From Malacoraja senta (lineage: Eukaryota), in the NCBI GenBank assembly GCA_038087875.1, contig CM075994.1:1614001-1678000 (forward strand): 64,000 nucleotides of DNA, in the 5' to 3' direction. Every line of letters starts with the position of its first letter. Positions within the stretch are counted from its first letter, which is position 1. Shown one piece after another: positions 41,018 to 53,335 of the stretch. Both the position numbers and the translations under genes were made by a program. The notes beneath the pieces were generated by a model. That model saw nothing but the letters and a program-made list of their open reading frames with translations, was not told the DNA's origin and did no database searches.

Positions 41018-41599
41018 CTAGATCAAGTGGAACCCATTGGGTTCCTGTCACACGGGAGGCCTGGTCCCCCAACGCAACCCATTCCCCCAACGCAGTATTC
41101 GACCACTCGCCTATAACCCCCATGGGAGGCGTGGTCCCCCAACGCAACCCATTCCCCAATGCAATATTCTACCACTCACCCGTTCCCCCAACGCAATATT
41201 CCAGCACTCACCCATAGCCCCCAACTGCGCAGGGGCGGCTCATTTCCTCGTAATTACCCTCCCTCATTAGACTTTAAAAAAAATCTAATTGTACTTGCAC
41301 TTGCTGCCAGGCCTCAGTGTCCTGGGATTTGTAACATTGTAGAGGGCAGGGCTACAATCTCAATGCGATGTCATAGCTGTAACTGCCACTGCAATGTTCA
41401 AGTAATTTTTCTCAAAGTGGGGTTTTGTAAAGTTGAAAATGTGAATAACTTGTAAAATATGACCTCAATGTGAACGAAACTTGATAAAAAGACACCACAA
41501 GACAATTGTGAATAAGGTGGTCCAAAAATTGCAGCGCTATCGTGTACCGTTTTGACATAGAAACAAACAAGATGAGAGTTTTAGTAATATATAGATAGA
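41018..41599 (-). mobile_element. Non-autonomous Helitron (582 bp)
   Basis: Minus strand starts TC (TCTATCTATATATTACTAAAA) and ends CTAG, with the hairpin GGAACCC-aat-GGGTTCC (41029-41045) just before the end. Inserted between A and T of a CR1 tail (gagagata|tggaccaaatg) with no TSD. Internal tandem repeats at 41050-41220. Confidence 0.88.
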
Positions 41600-42339
41600 T
41601 GGACCAAATGCGGGCAGGTGGAAGCAGTGCAGATGGGGAATGTTGGTAGGCACGGCCAGGTTGGGCAGCAATTTCCATGCTGTGTAACTCTAGGACTGCA
41701 GCTGTAATACCATCCCTCCATTTGGCCAGAAGTGTCTTTATTGTGATTGAGAATCCAGTGGTGTGGGGGTTGCTATTTACAGTTGAGGTTATTACTGTAA
41801 TCACATCACATTACTGCAAATGCACATTCATCCAGTTGAACACAAAGTAGATTGTCCACCTGCGGCTCATACCGGGAGTGCTGATCTGGCCAAAATCTAC
41901 TGAGACCACTCTAGTGACCTTTGGTTTGATCTCTTAATCCAGTGCTTGCAAGGTCATTCTTGTTTGCCCACAGCACAGAGTTACGCCTGCACATTGTCCA
42001 CACAGCAACAAGGGTCTGCACTGGGCATGTTAGAAAACGGTTTGCAAAACCCGCGTTCTCCGAGCAATCAATCTTGGTCTACCTAGCGATAAAAGTCATC
42101 AGAGCTTCTGTGGTGCAATGATGCACATTGTTTATTGTTGCTGCCCAGAGCAATACACACAGGTTCAGAAATAAGATCAGCGTTTTCATTCAAGGAAAAC
42201 TTATGTCCACGTTCACACCAGTCCCACTAAAATCACTTGGTAATCCGTGCACATAATTAAACTCCCCCGCGGTAAATACACAGATTGGCTCTATTGCACT
42301 CCAGCTCCTAGAGTAACAGGAAATGGATCTCAATACTCT

Positions 42340-42378
42340 TCACTTCCACGTGGATGCAGAGCCAGTCTCCTTCTGCAC
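42340..42378 (-). CDS. SNX14: Sorting nexin 14, last coding exon (stop TGA at 42342-42340)
   Basis: gttccAG|VQKETGSASTWK*, comparable to the human C-terminus VQKEVTSVTSWM*. It is followed by non-repeat 3'UTR-like sequence with minus-strand AATAAA near 42135 and 41740. Confidence 0.85.
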   Translation of the reverse strand: MQKETGSASTWK

Positions 42379-44046
42379 CTGGAACACACAGAAGATTACT
42401 TAGAAAAAACCACAGCCCACAAACGGATTAATAACATGGAACGCAAAGTGCTGGAGTGACTTAGCGGGTCAGGCAGCTTCTCTGGGAACACCCTCCCCTT
42501 CTTACTCTCCACCCCCCCCCCCCGCCCATCTCGCCTGTGCCCACCTGGACTCGCATCTATTTCTTCCCCTCCTCCTACATTAGAGTCATAGAGCATGAAA
42601 ACAGGCCCTTCGGCCCAACTTGCCCACAACGGCCAACATGTCTCATCTACACTAGTCCCACCTGCCTGCTTTTGGCCCATATCCCTCTAAACCTGTTCTA
42701 TCCATGTACCTCTCCAAATGTTTCTTAAACGATGTGATAGTACCCGCTTCAACTACTTCCCCCGGCAGCTTGTTCCATACACCCAACACCCTTTGTGTGG
42801 AAAATGTATAGAAAAAACAGTCCTACCAGTTCACCACTGAAACGTTCTACAATATAATAAAATACCCAAATACATTTTCCATGTGCATTGAGAATAGTCG
42901 AGGCACCTGCAAAGAAGATTACGAGGATGTTGCCAGGACTCGAGGGCTTGAGCTATAGGGAGAGGTTGAGCAGGCTGGGAATCTATTCCCTGAAGCGCAA
43001 GAGGCTGAGGGATGATCTTCTAGAGGTGTACAAGATCATGAGAGGAATAGATTGCCCAGTGAGGGAGAATAGAAAACCAGAGGTTTAAAGAGGGTGAGAG
43101 AGATTTAATAGGAACCTGAGGGGTACCTTTTTTACACCAAGGGTGATTGGTGTATGAAACAATCTGCCAGTTGAGGTAGTTGAGGCAGGTACTATGCAAT
43201 GTTTAAGAAACAATTAGACAGGTACATGGATAGGACAGGTGTCGAGGGATATGGGCTAAACATATGCAGGTGGGACTAGTGTAGATGGGATATGTTCGTC
43301 GGTGTGGGCCAAAGGGCCCGTTTCCACACTGTATGACTATGACTTTTCAAAGGGGAAACTGTCCTTTCCAGTTCACTACTGAAAAGTTCTATAATTTAAT
43401 AAAATATCCTAATAAATTTTTCATACGCATTGGGAACAGTTGAGGCACTTTTGACAGGTGGTACACTCAACGCAAAAGTTCAGATCTTTGAATGGTTACA
43501 GTATAGTGAGGGAGGTCATTCAGCCCATCGTGTCTGTGCTGGCCCTCTGCCAGGGGAGTACGAGGTCCTTTCTCTACAGCATGACAAACTCTCCTCCTTT
43601 GTCTAGTTACCTCTTGAAGTCCCCAAAGGAATCTGCACCACAACTACAGACTCTGAGCTCCAAGTTCCAACCCCATGCTTTAAACTTAGAGATATAGCGC
43701 GGAAACAGACCCTTCGGCCCACCAAGTCCACACGGAACAGCGATCACCCTGTACACTAACCTACTCACACTGGGGACAATTGTATAGCTTACAGAAGCAA
43801 ATTAACCTACAAACCTGTATGTCTTTGGAATGTAGGAGGAAACCGGAACACCCGCAGAAAATCTACACAGTCAAAGGGAGAACGAACAAACTCCGTGCAG
43901 ACAGCGCTCGTAGTCAGGATCGAACCAGGGTCTCTGGCGTTGTAAGGCAGCAACTCTACTGCTGTTCCACCGTGCTGCTAAAAGTTGTTCCCAATAATAT
44001 TGTCAAGACTCGACACGTAAACACTCGACGTACTGTGCCTCCTTAC

Positions 44047-44103
44047 CTTACTGAGTTCAGGAAACATTTCCTGGAGTACGATATCCAGCAGCACATACGT
44101 TAG
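44047..44103 (-). CDS. SNX14: Sorting nexin 14, penultimate coding exon (57 bp)
   Basis: ttttctttcAG|LTYVLLDIVLQEMFPELSK|GTAAGG. Confidence 0.93.
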
Positions 44104-45844
44104 CTGAAAGAAAAGGCAACTGAGTAAATGTCCATCTCTAATCCTAACTTGGGTAAACAAAGAATCTTTTTAAACATTCCTGCACCTTGTTTTGCAACCA
44201 CTTGTACGATTTAGTGAAGATGACTTTTAATACCCTATCAGTCAGCAGCCTGACATTATTTATGCCCATCCCATGCAAACACAGGCACAAATATATTTTG
44301 TTTAGCGTGCCAAACTGTATTAGGTATTGTGGCTGCATTTAACCGATGGTAAATAAATCTCCATTTACAATCTCATGAACATCTTTCAGAACTTGGTCTT
44401 AGAGACCCTCAGACTATCTTTAATTAGACTTTACCCTGCACTGAACATTATTCCCTTTATCTGTACAATGTGGATGGCTTGATTGTAATCATGTATCGTC
44501 TTTCCGCTGACTGGATAGCATGTAACAAAAGTGCTCTTCACTGTACCTTGGTACACATGATGATAAACTAAGGAGAGAGGATGGTCTGAAGAAGGGTTTC
44601 GACCCGAAACGTTGCCTATTTCCTTCGCTCTACAGATGCTGCTGCACCCGCTGAGTTTCTCCAGCATTTTTGTGTACCTCCTGATGATAAACTAAACTAA
44701 TTTGCCTTGTTCTAAAACTTCACATCGCTATGCAGTACAAGAGAGCACCTTCTTTCTCTCCAGAACATAGAACAGTTCTGCACAGGAACAGGCCTTTTGT
44801 CACAATGTCCATGCCAAACATTGTAGGCCAAAGATCAACTAATCTCCTCTGCCTACACGTGTCCCATATCCCTCTGCATATCCATGTGCCTATCGAAAGG
44901 CAACTTAAAGGCCACTATCATATCTGCCTCTACCATCACCCGAGTCTGTGTGATCCAGGCACCCACCATCGTCTGTGTAAAAAACCTGCCCCGCACTTCT
45001 CCTTTTAACTTTGCCCCTCTCACTTTAAAGCTATGCCCTCTAGTCTTTGACATTTCCACCCTGAAAAAGGTTTGGAATCTCTCCCTTCAGCCAGTGGTGT
45101 TGAATAAATCTCCATTTACAAACTTGTAAATATCTATCAGCCACTTTATTCTTAAGGGATTATTATTATTAATCCTAATTATTATTATTTACTCCAAAAA
45201 CGTACAGGTTTGTAGGTTAATTGGCTTGATAAATGTAAAAATTGTCCCTTGTGGGTGTAGGATAGTGTTAATGTGTGGGGATCGCTGGTCGGCATGGACC
45301 CGTGGGCCGAATGGCCTGTTTCCGCGCTGTACCTCCAAAACTAAAAACTAATATATTATTATATAGTCTTATTTATTATATCATATATTGTCTTAGTTAT
45401 TATTAAGGGACAATTCCTGTTCTAAAACTTCACATCATCAGCATTATGCAGTATATTTTTCTCACTGCGAGAATGCCTTCTTTATCCTTATTGCACTTCC
45501 AAGCTGGGTTTGAAAGCTGCATCAATAATTTTGCAAATTAATGTCCAATTTCACAACTTTGCTTCTCCCCATCAGCTGCCTCAACCGTTCCCTCGCCCAT
45601 ATTGTCTGATTGCATTGTGCACCATCCAGTTTTCTGCAGTTTCTTGTGGTCTTGGGCTGAGCTGTTCCCTGACCAAGTGCACTTTTGTAATTAAAGGAGG
45701 TGCCGGACCACCAGTTGCTGGAAAATCGGTGTTGGACCTGTACAATTAAGCCAAACCTAAGTACAATGGGAAGAGCGAAGAGAAATACAGTGTGCAGAAT
45801 ATAGTTCTCAGCATTGTAGCCTAACAATGCTAGTAAACGCTTAA

Positions 45845-48800
45845 AACCAAGATGGCGCCTGTCTGTGGCGACATGTTGCCAGCAGCACAGCAGAAAATCA
45901 TCAAATATAAGTTCTCAGCTTACCTGTATAAAAGAAACAGCAGAAACCAGCGATGCAACTGGCAAGCTGCTCATGCATTTAAACGCATTAGCGCTACTGC
46001 GGTCTACCGACAGCAACGGAGCTGCCGACTGTAAGGAAATTCCCGATGCAAGGGGAATCCTAGATCTGGTGGAGCGTCGTAGGAACAGCAAGTACTGTAC
46101 CTGGAAACACTCGGGAGGCCTCCATTGTGTCTGGAAACGCAGCCGGCGGGCAGGACTACAAGTCAGACTGAAGCGCAGGGGACCACGACACCCTCTCCCT
46201 ACCATCCTATCGGCCAATGTACAATCACTGGAAAATAAAGTGGAGGACGTAAGGACAAGGCTGCTTTACCAAAGGGAGCTGAGGGAATGTTCTGTGTTCT
46301 GTTTCACAGAGACATGGCTCACCCCCAGACCCCCGGACTCAGCTGTCCAGCCTGAAGGATTCTCCATCCACCGTGTGGATCGTACGTAGACATCTGGGAA
46401 AGGGAAAGGCGGGGGCATCCGCCTCATGATCAACTATTCGTGGTGCTCAGAAGTGGCAGTTCTGTCTAACTCTTGCTCTCCGCACCTGGAACATCTGGCG
46501 GTGAAATGCCGCCCCTTCTATCTCCCGAGGAAATTCACCTCCATCATTCTGACCATGGTCTACATCCCACCCCAGGCAGTCGTCCGTCTAGCATTGGAGG
46601 AGCTGCACGCCGTGGTCAACAAGGACAAGGACAAAGGACATTTATTGTCACATACACCAATTGGTGCAGTGAAATTTGAGTTACCATGCAGCACACAAAT
46701 AAGATCAACACAACACTTTAGAATTTAACATAAAACACTTCCCCCCACAACGGAATCATCAACGTTTCCCACTGTGAGGGAAGGCACCAAAGTTCAGTCC
46801 TCTTCCTCTGTTCACCTGTGGTCGGGGCCTATTAAGGCCTCCACAGTCGCTGCAACGGTGGCCCGATGTTTGTTTCAGGCCCTCGAACGGAAGAACATTC
46901 TCAGCGGCCCAGAGCCTCCGAATCGTCCGCTTCCTACCGGAGACCGCGGCTTCCGAAGTCCACAGGCCGAGATTCAACTCTGGCTACCTCGGCGAGAGAT
47001 CCCAGGCTCCGCGATGTCAAAGTCAGCGCCGCCAGCGGCTGAAAGCTCCGCAGACCACAGCTCCACGGTATTCAAAGTCGGCAGTCCCAGCACTCTGCAG
47101 CTCCAACACGGCGATTCCCGGTAAGGCATCGCTCGCTCCGCGATGGAATCCAGTGCTGCGCCGCTGCTGAAGCTGAAGCACTGGCCGGTCTCCGGCAGGA
47201 AAGGCCGCGCCAATCCAGATGGTACGCCGCGAGGAGGGGGCGAAGATGCGGTTCGGAGAATAGTCACATCCTCGACCAGGAAGTCACTAAGATAAAACAG
47301 TTTCCCCCTCCCCTACATAAAAAAGACTAAAAGACCTCCAAAAACAAACTTTAAAACAGACTAAAAATAACAAAATGAATGAATGGACAGACAGCTGCAG
47401 GCGAAGCAGCCACTCAATGGCGCCACCACTCGTCAAGCACCAGACAGCGTACCCCGAAGCGTTTACCACCATAGCCGGGGACTTCAACAAAGCCAACCTG
47501 AAAAAAATCACTCCCAAACTACCATAAATATGCCTCCTGCAGCACCAGAGGATTAAACACCCTTGACCACTGATATACGACCATCAAGGATTCCTATCTC
47601 TATATCCCTCGCCCTCTATCCCTGAATCCAACCATTCAGCAGTGCTGCTTCTTTCTGCATATAGGCAGCAACTGAAGAGCGCACCCCCAGAGGTGAGTAC
47701 TGCACAGAGCTGGTCTGGGGAGGCAGAGGAACATCTACAGGACTGCTTGGAGTCAGTAGATTGGGCAATGTTCAAGGACGGCAATGGACCTGAATGAATA
47801 CGCCAGTCATTACAGACTTCCAGGAAATGTTAACCAAAAGCCTTGGATGAACCGGGATATCCGCATTCTTTTGAGGATCTGATCCCGGCATTCAGGTGTG
47901 GTGACATAGAGGTCTATAAGAAGTCCAGATATGACCTTGACAAGGCCATCAAAAAGGCCAAAAGGGACTTCCGCTCAAAGCTGGAGCGGATGTTCTGCAA
48001 CTGTGGCAGGGCTTGAATGCCATCACCTCCTACAAGGCGACACCAGGAGGCAGCTCAAGCGACAGCGAAGAATCACTCCCTGCGCTTTGAAAGGGAGAAC
48101 ACTGATGTGCCTTCCCAAGCCTCCATATGCCCTGATGGTATTACAGTCACAGAGGAAGACGTCAGAAGATCCTTCAGGGGGTGAACCCTCGGAAAGCGCC
48201 TGGATCTGATGATATACCCGGTCGCGTTCTCAAAACCTGTGCAGACCAACTGGCTGGGGTTTTTGCGGATATTTTCAACCTCTCACTACTGAGGTCTGAG
48301 GTTCCCATCCTCTCGATATCAGTAAAACCAATGAACTGATTGTGGACTTTGGAAGAGGAAGGATGAGCATCCACAATCCTGTTTATATCAACATGGTGGA
48401 GAGTCAAAAACTTTAAATTCTTGGGCGTGCATATTTCCGAAGATCTTTCCTGGACCAAGCACACTGATGCAATTATAAATAAAGGACATCAATGCCCCTA
48501 CCTCCTGAGAAGATTAAGGAGATTTGGTCTGTCAAAGAGGATTCTCTTGAACTTCTACAGGTGTACAGTAGAGAGCATGTTGACTGGTTGCATCATGGCC
48601 TGGTTCAGCAACCTGAACGTCCAGGAGCAGAAAGACTGCAATAAGTTGTGAACACTGCCCAGTCCATCACCGGCTTTGACCTCCCCACCATCGAAGGGAT
48701 TTATCGGAGTCGCTGCCTCAAAAAGGCTGCCAGCATGATCAGAGACCCACACCATCCTGGCCACACGCTCATTTCACCACTGCCATCGGGAAGAAGGTAC

Positions 48801-49072
48801 AGGAGCCTGAAAACTATAATGTTCAGGAACAGCTTCTTCCCTACAGCCATCAGGCTATTAAACACTACAATAAGCTCTGAACTACAATAGACTATTTTAT
48901 TACACTATTATTGTTTGTTTTTTGAGTGTGTGTGTGTGTGTACTTGTGAGTATGTGTATATATACACACACACAGAACTTTTTTCTCTCTCGTTTATCAT
49001 ATTGTTTACAGTGTACTATGTTTACATATTTTCATTGTTCTATCTGGGACATATGACAATAAAACACTCTTG
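45845..49072 (+). mobile_element. Rex1/Babar-like LINE, decayed, RT core deleted, interrupted at 46620-47430
   Basis: 5' AAGATGGCG; APE motifs PLPTILSANVQSLENK, CFTETWL and AGDFN; C-terminal FKFLGVHISEDLSW, LNFYRCTVESMLTGCI and DPHHPGH; tail TGACAATAAA. Confidence 0.8.
46620..47430 (-). mobile_element. GC-rich non-coding retroelement; related copies at ~23320-24960 and ~37970-38680
   Basis: GTCAA duplicated at both junctions; 3' TGTGACAATAAA plus (TGTCCT)n tail. Shares GGCGC.GACTT..ACATCG..GAGCCTGGGA and GCCTTCC..CACAGTG motifs with the other copies. Confidence 0.65.
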
Positions 49073-49310
49073 ACTGGTTCAATACAAAGCCATCCTGAAT
49101 CCATCTTAAAACGAGTCTTTGGAAAATGGACCAACCCAGCTTTTGAGCTTTCACAAACATCGATGAATTAGTCTGACGAAAGGAGACATAGCTGTAAGAC
49201 GGAAAATGCGTGGGAAATGCATTCCCCTGCTTAGTCCAAACCCTGTGGTTTGTGGCTGATCAGAGTCTGTGTGCGATGAGATAAGACTCGAACGACCGCG
49301 ATGCACTGAC

Positions 49311-49402
49311 CTGTTTGTTCAGGACAGGCTGCTGCAGCCCCTCAAACAGCAGTCTAATCCCCTCATACTTCGCTTCTTCCCCAATGCACTTCACAAAGTA
49401 AT
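49311..49402 (-). CDS. SNX14: Sorting nexin 14, internal exon (92 bp)
   Basis: ggcAG|(D)[36 protein letters not shown]. Phase 1-0; PXC/Nexin_C region. Confidence 0.95.
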
Positions 49403-52400
49403 CTGCCAAGTAAAGAAACTGGTTTAGCAACCGATAAAATAATAAGTACAATCAACCCGTACCATGTCTAGGTTTATTATTGTCACATGCATTCCAGGTT
49501 CAGATATTATACATAAATACAATTATGTCAAACTTAAGTACAATAAGGAGATCGAGGGAGAGGGAGGAATAACCACGATGGGATCAGTCTTTGATTATGC
49601 TTTTCCGAGGCAGCATGGTGTAGATGGAGTCATTGGTGGAGAGTCTGGTCTGTGGGATGGACTGGGCTACTTATACAACTCTGGTTTCTTGTGGTCTTGA
49701 GCAGAGCTGTTCCCAAACCAAACTGTGATGCAACCTAATAGTGCGCTTTGTATGGTGCATCTGTAGGCGTTTGTGAGTTATTGGAGACATGCCTCGGTCT
49801 TTTAAGGAAGTGGAGGCGTTGGTGTGAACTTATTAATGCTTATAAGCCAAAGTCTCGGCCAAGAGTTTAGAAGGATGAGGGGGGGGACCTCACTGTAACT
49901 TACCGAACAGTGAAAGGACTGGATAGAGTGAATGGTGGGAGTGAGAGTCTAGGACAAGAGACCATAGCCTCAGAATAAAAGGACGTACCTTTTATGTGTA
50001 GATGAGGAGGAATTGTTTTAGTTAGAGGGTGATGAATCTGTGGAATTCATTGCCACAGACGACTGTGGAAGCCAAGTCAATGGATATTTTTAAGGCGGAG
50101 ATTGACAGACTCTTGATTAGTACGGGTGTCAGGGGTTATGGGGAGGTGAATGGGGCTGAGAGGGAAAGATAGATCAGTCATGATTGAATGGCAGAGTAGA
50201 CTTGATGGGCTGAATGGCCTAATTCTGCTCCTATAACTTATGAGGTGGAATGTGTTCAGTACAAACGCAGGTCGTTTTCAGTTGGTAGTTTTCTGAAACA
50301 AAATCCCTCCTTCTCACACAATGAATGTACATCTGACCATCATTTTCAAATTTGCACACTTATCATTTTCATGTCAGGAGTATTTTCCTCTTAATTTCAC
50401 AATTAAGCTCCAAGAGGGCTGTGACCCTTGCTCGGCCGGACGCAAGACGGAGCCTGCAGGGGGAAGCTGCCCAGTCGACCTCTGCTCGTTCCCCAAGAGC
50501 AGCGACCAGGGAGGTGGTGACAACAATGGGTGGGGAGCAAGGACGATAGTGGAGGAGAGGGAACCAAGGTCTAGCCGCGTCTCTTGAGGTCGGCTGCAGG
50601 AGGCACCCCTGAGGAACAAAGGTGGACGGGCGAAGAGAGGGACGTCGCATCCAAGGATAGCGATGGCTGAAGGCCCGCAGCAGCCTGGGACTGGCCTGGA
50701 ACAGGCACCGCTCATAACAGCTAGAGGGAGACTGGACTGAAAATGGTGCCTATTGCGTGCAGGATCCGTAGACAATTTCTTTACCATTTGCTAATTGGGG
50801 ATTGTGCTAAGTTTTGGCAATAGGTTTGGCAATTCTCTACTAGACTGTTTGTAAGAAAATAATTTCAATGTGCGTTTGCACTTAGCACATGTGGCACTAA
50901 AAGCACCATTGCATTTATTCGGCTTCCTTCAATCTGCGCTTGGACAAATACTACCTGCTGTCATGGGCATTTGCTCTAACCTCAGCTCTGGAACCAAGGT
51001 CGTAATCATGTCTGGAGCTACATTTCCTGGGCAAAATTCAAGCTGGGCATCAGTGCGCATGCATATGGTGAGTACAGAGGCACAGGAACAGGCTGTGCCG
51101 AACATGCCGCCAAGATAAACTAATCTCCTCTGCCGGCACATGACCCACATTCCCCCATGCCCTGCATTTTCATGTGCCTATCTAAAAGCCTCATAAACAA
51201 CTATCGTACCTGCCTCCACCACCATTCCTGGCAGCACATTCCAGGCACCCACCATTTCTCCGTGGAAAACATATGTCTGTGCATCTCCTTTAAGCTTTAG
51301 CCCTCTCACTTTAAACCTACGCCATCTAGTCTTTGATATTTCCACCTTGGGGAAAATGCTTTTGAGTGTTTACCCTATCTAGGCCTCCCATATCTTTATA
51401 ATCCTGTCGGGTCTCCCCTCAGCCTCCAACGCTCCAGAGAAAACAATTCAAATTTGTCCAATATCTCCTTCTAGTTAATATCCTCATTTAGTTTAGTTTA
51501 TTGTCACGTGTATCGAGGTACAGTGAAAAGCTTTTGTTGCGTGCTAACCAGTCAGCGGAAAGACAATACATGATTACAATCGAGCCATCCACAGTATAAA
51601 GATACAGAATAAAGGGAATCATGTTTAGTGCAAGACAAAGTCCAGTAAAGTCTGATTAAAGATAGTCTGAGGGCAGATAGTAGATCAGGACTGCACTCTA
51701 TTTATTGGTTGGATGGTTCATTTGCCTGATAACAGCTGGGAAGAAACAGTCCCTGAATCTGGAGGTGTGCGTTTTCATACTTCTATACCTCTTGCCTGAT
51801 GGGAAAGGGGAGAAGAGAGAGTGACCGGGATGAATCACGTCCTTAATCCAGACAGCATTCAGGTAAACCTCTTCTGCAGCCTCACCAAAACCTCCAGCAA
51901 TAATGGGGCGAGCAGAACAGCACACAAAACTCCAAATGCAGCCTATGAAAAGTCCTATAAAGCTGCACCGTGACTTCCTAAGTGAGCGATAAGTGGTATC
52001 CACAATGACAGCTTCTATCATTCTGCTGATGACTGAGTAGACTGATTTGGCCATAACAAGCCCACTTTTTGTGAATGAAGTCCACCTGAGTACACATTGA
52101 TATACTCCCACAGCGGGTGGTGGCGGAATGGAATGAACTGCTAGAGGAGGGACTTGAGGTACTATAACAACATTTAAAAGACATGTAGGAAGGGACTGCA
52201 GAAGCTGGTTTACACAGAAGATAAACACAAAGTGATGGAGCAACTCAGTGGGTCAGACAGCATTGCTGGAGAAAAAGAACAGGTGACGTTTCGGGTCAGA
52301 ATCCTTCTTCAGAATGAAAGTTGAGGGGGAGCGGGGGGGGGGGAAACTGGAGATATGAAAAGGCCAGATCAAATCAGGGACAACAACAAATGGCAGGATT

Positions 52401-53131
52401 TGCTGATTTGTTCTGGCCTTTTCCCACCTCCAGTTCTTCTCTGCCCACACCTCACCTCCACTTTCAGTCTGAAGGGTTCCTGCCAAAATCACCTGTTCCT
52501 TTTCTCCAGAGATGCTGTCTGACCTGCTGAGTTACTCCAGCACTTTGTGTCTAATTTGATCATTTAAAAGACACTTGGACAGGTACATCGACGGGAAAGA
52601 TTTGGAGGGATATGGACTAAAGGCCACCTTCTGAAGGCCAGTACAGCATGTGCGATAAATGCTAGCGTAACCAGAGTCACCCAGTTGCAAAGATATGAAG
52701 AAATATTTTTTTTTCAAAAACTCTCGGAACCCAACAGTAAAGGCCCTCAGGAGCACAGCATTCATTATACTAATTGGGTGTCACAGTGGTAGAGTTGCTG
52801 CCTTTTATCACCAGAGACCAGGTTCGCTGGACGGCATAGAGTCGGTGGGCTGAAGGACACATTTCCGCACTGTATTTCTAAAGTACTACTTTGTGCAGAG
52901 CACGTGACAGAAAAAATTGTATGTACAAGGTCATGATTTTGTTTAATCACATCTGATTAAATGTTAGGAATTTTGTCTGAGCAGAGTTTTGCTGGCATTG
53001 AAAGAATGCTGAACAGCGGTTCTGTGGAGAGAGGAAGCAACACACAAGCCTCTGCCAGAAATCTGTAGATGTCCTAGTTTGGAAAGAAATTACAACAGGG
53101 TGTCTTTTTATTCAGTAATTGACAATGTTCT

Positions 53132-53335
53132 TGTGGTGTATGCCCCTTTAAGAGATATCATACACCTATTGTAATACCGGTAGCCACAAAAGGGGGCTTG
53201 CTTAGTATAAAAGCCCTGGTGGTAGTGTGACCTCTCTTTCTTCTTTTCCCCCTCTGAAACCATGATTAAAGGCACGTTGGTTTTACCTGATGGTTTCTCG
53301 ATGGTTATTTAAGTATCTGACTCCAGTACTTAACA
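53132..53335 (+). mobile_element. Solo LTR (204 bp)
   Basis: TG...CA ends, 5-bp TSD GTTCT (53127-31 and 53336-40), TATAAAA at 53206 and ATTAAA at 53265. The paralogous segment at ~57664 has a single GTTCT (empty site). Confidence 0.85.

Noticed and set aside
41050..41220. Regularly spaced short repeats, superficially CRISPR-like
   Set aside because: The intervening sequences are also repeated; it is a tandem repeat inside a Helitron in eukaryotic DNA.
43978..44046. Read-through of the SNX14 57-bp exon as the true C-terminus (VRRHST...)
   Set aside because: A strong GTAAGG donor and a downstream exon matching the conserved VQKE...W end make splicing more likely.
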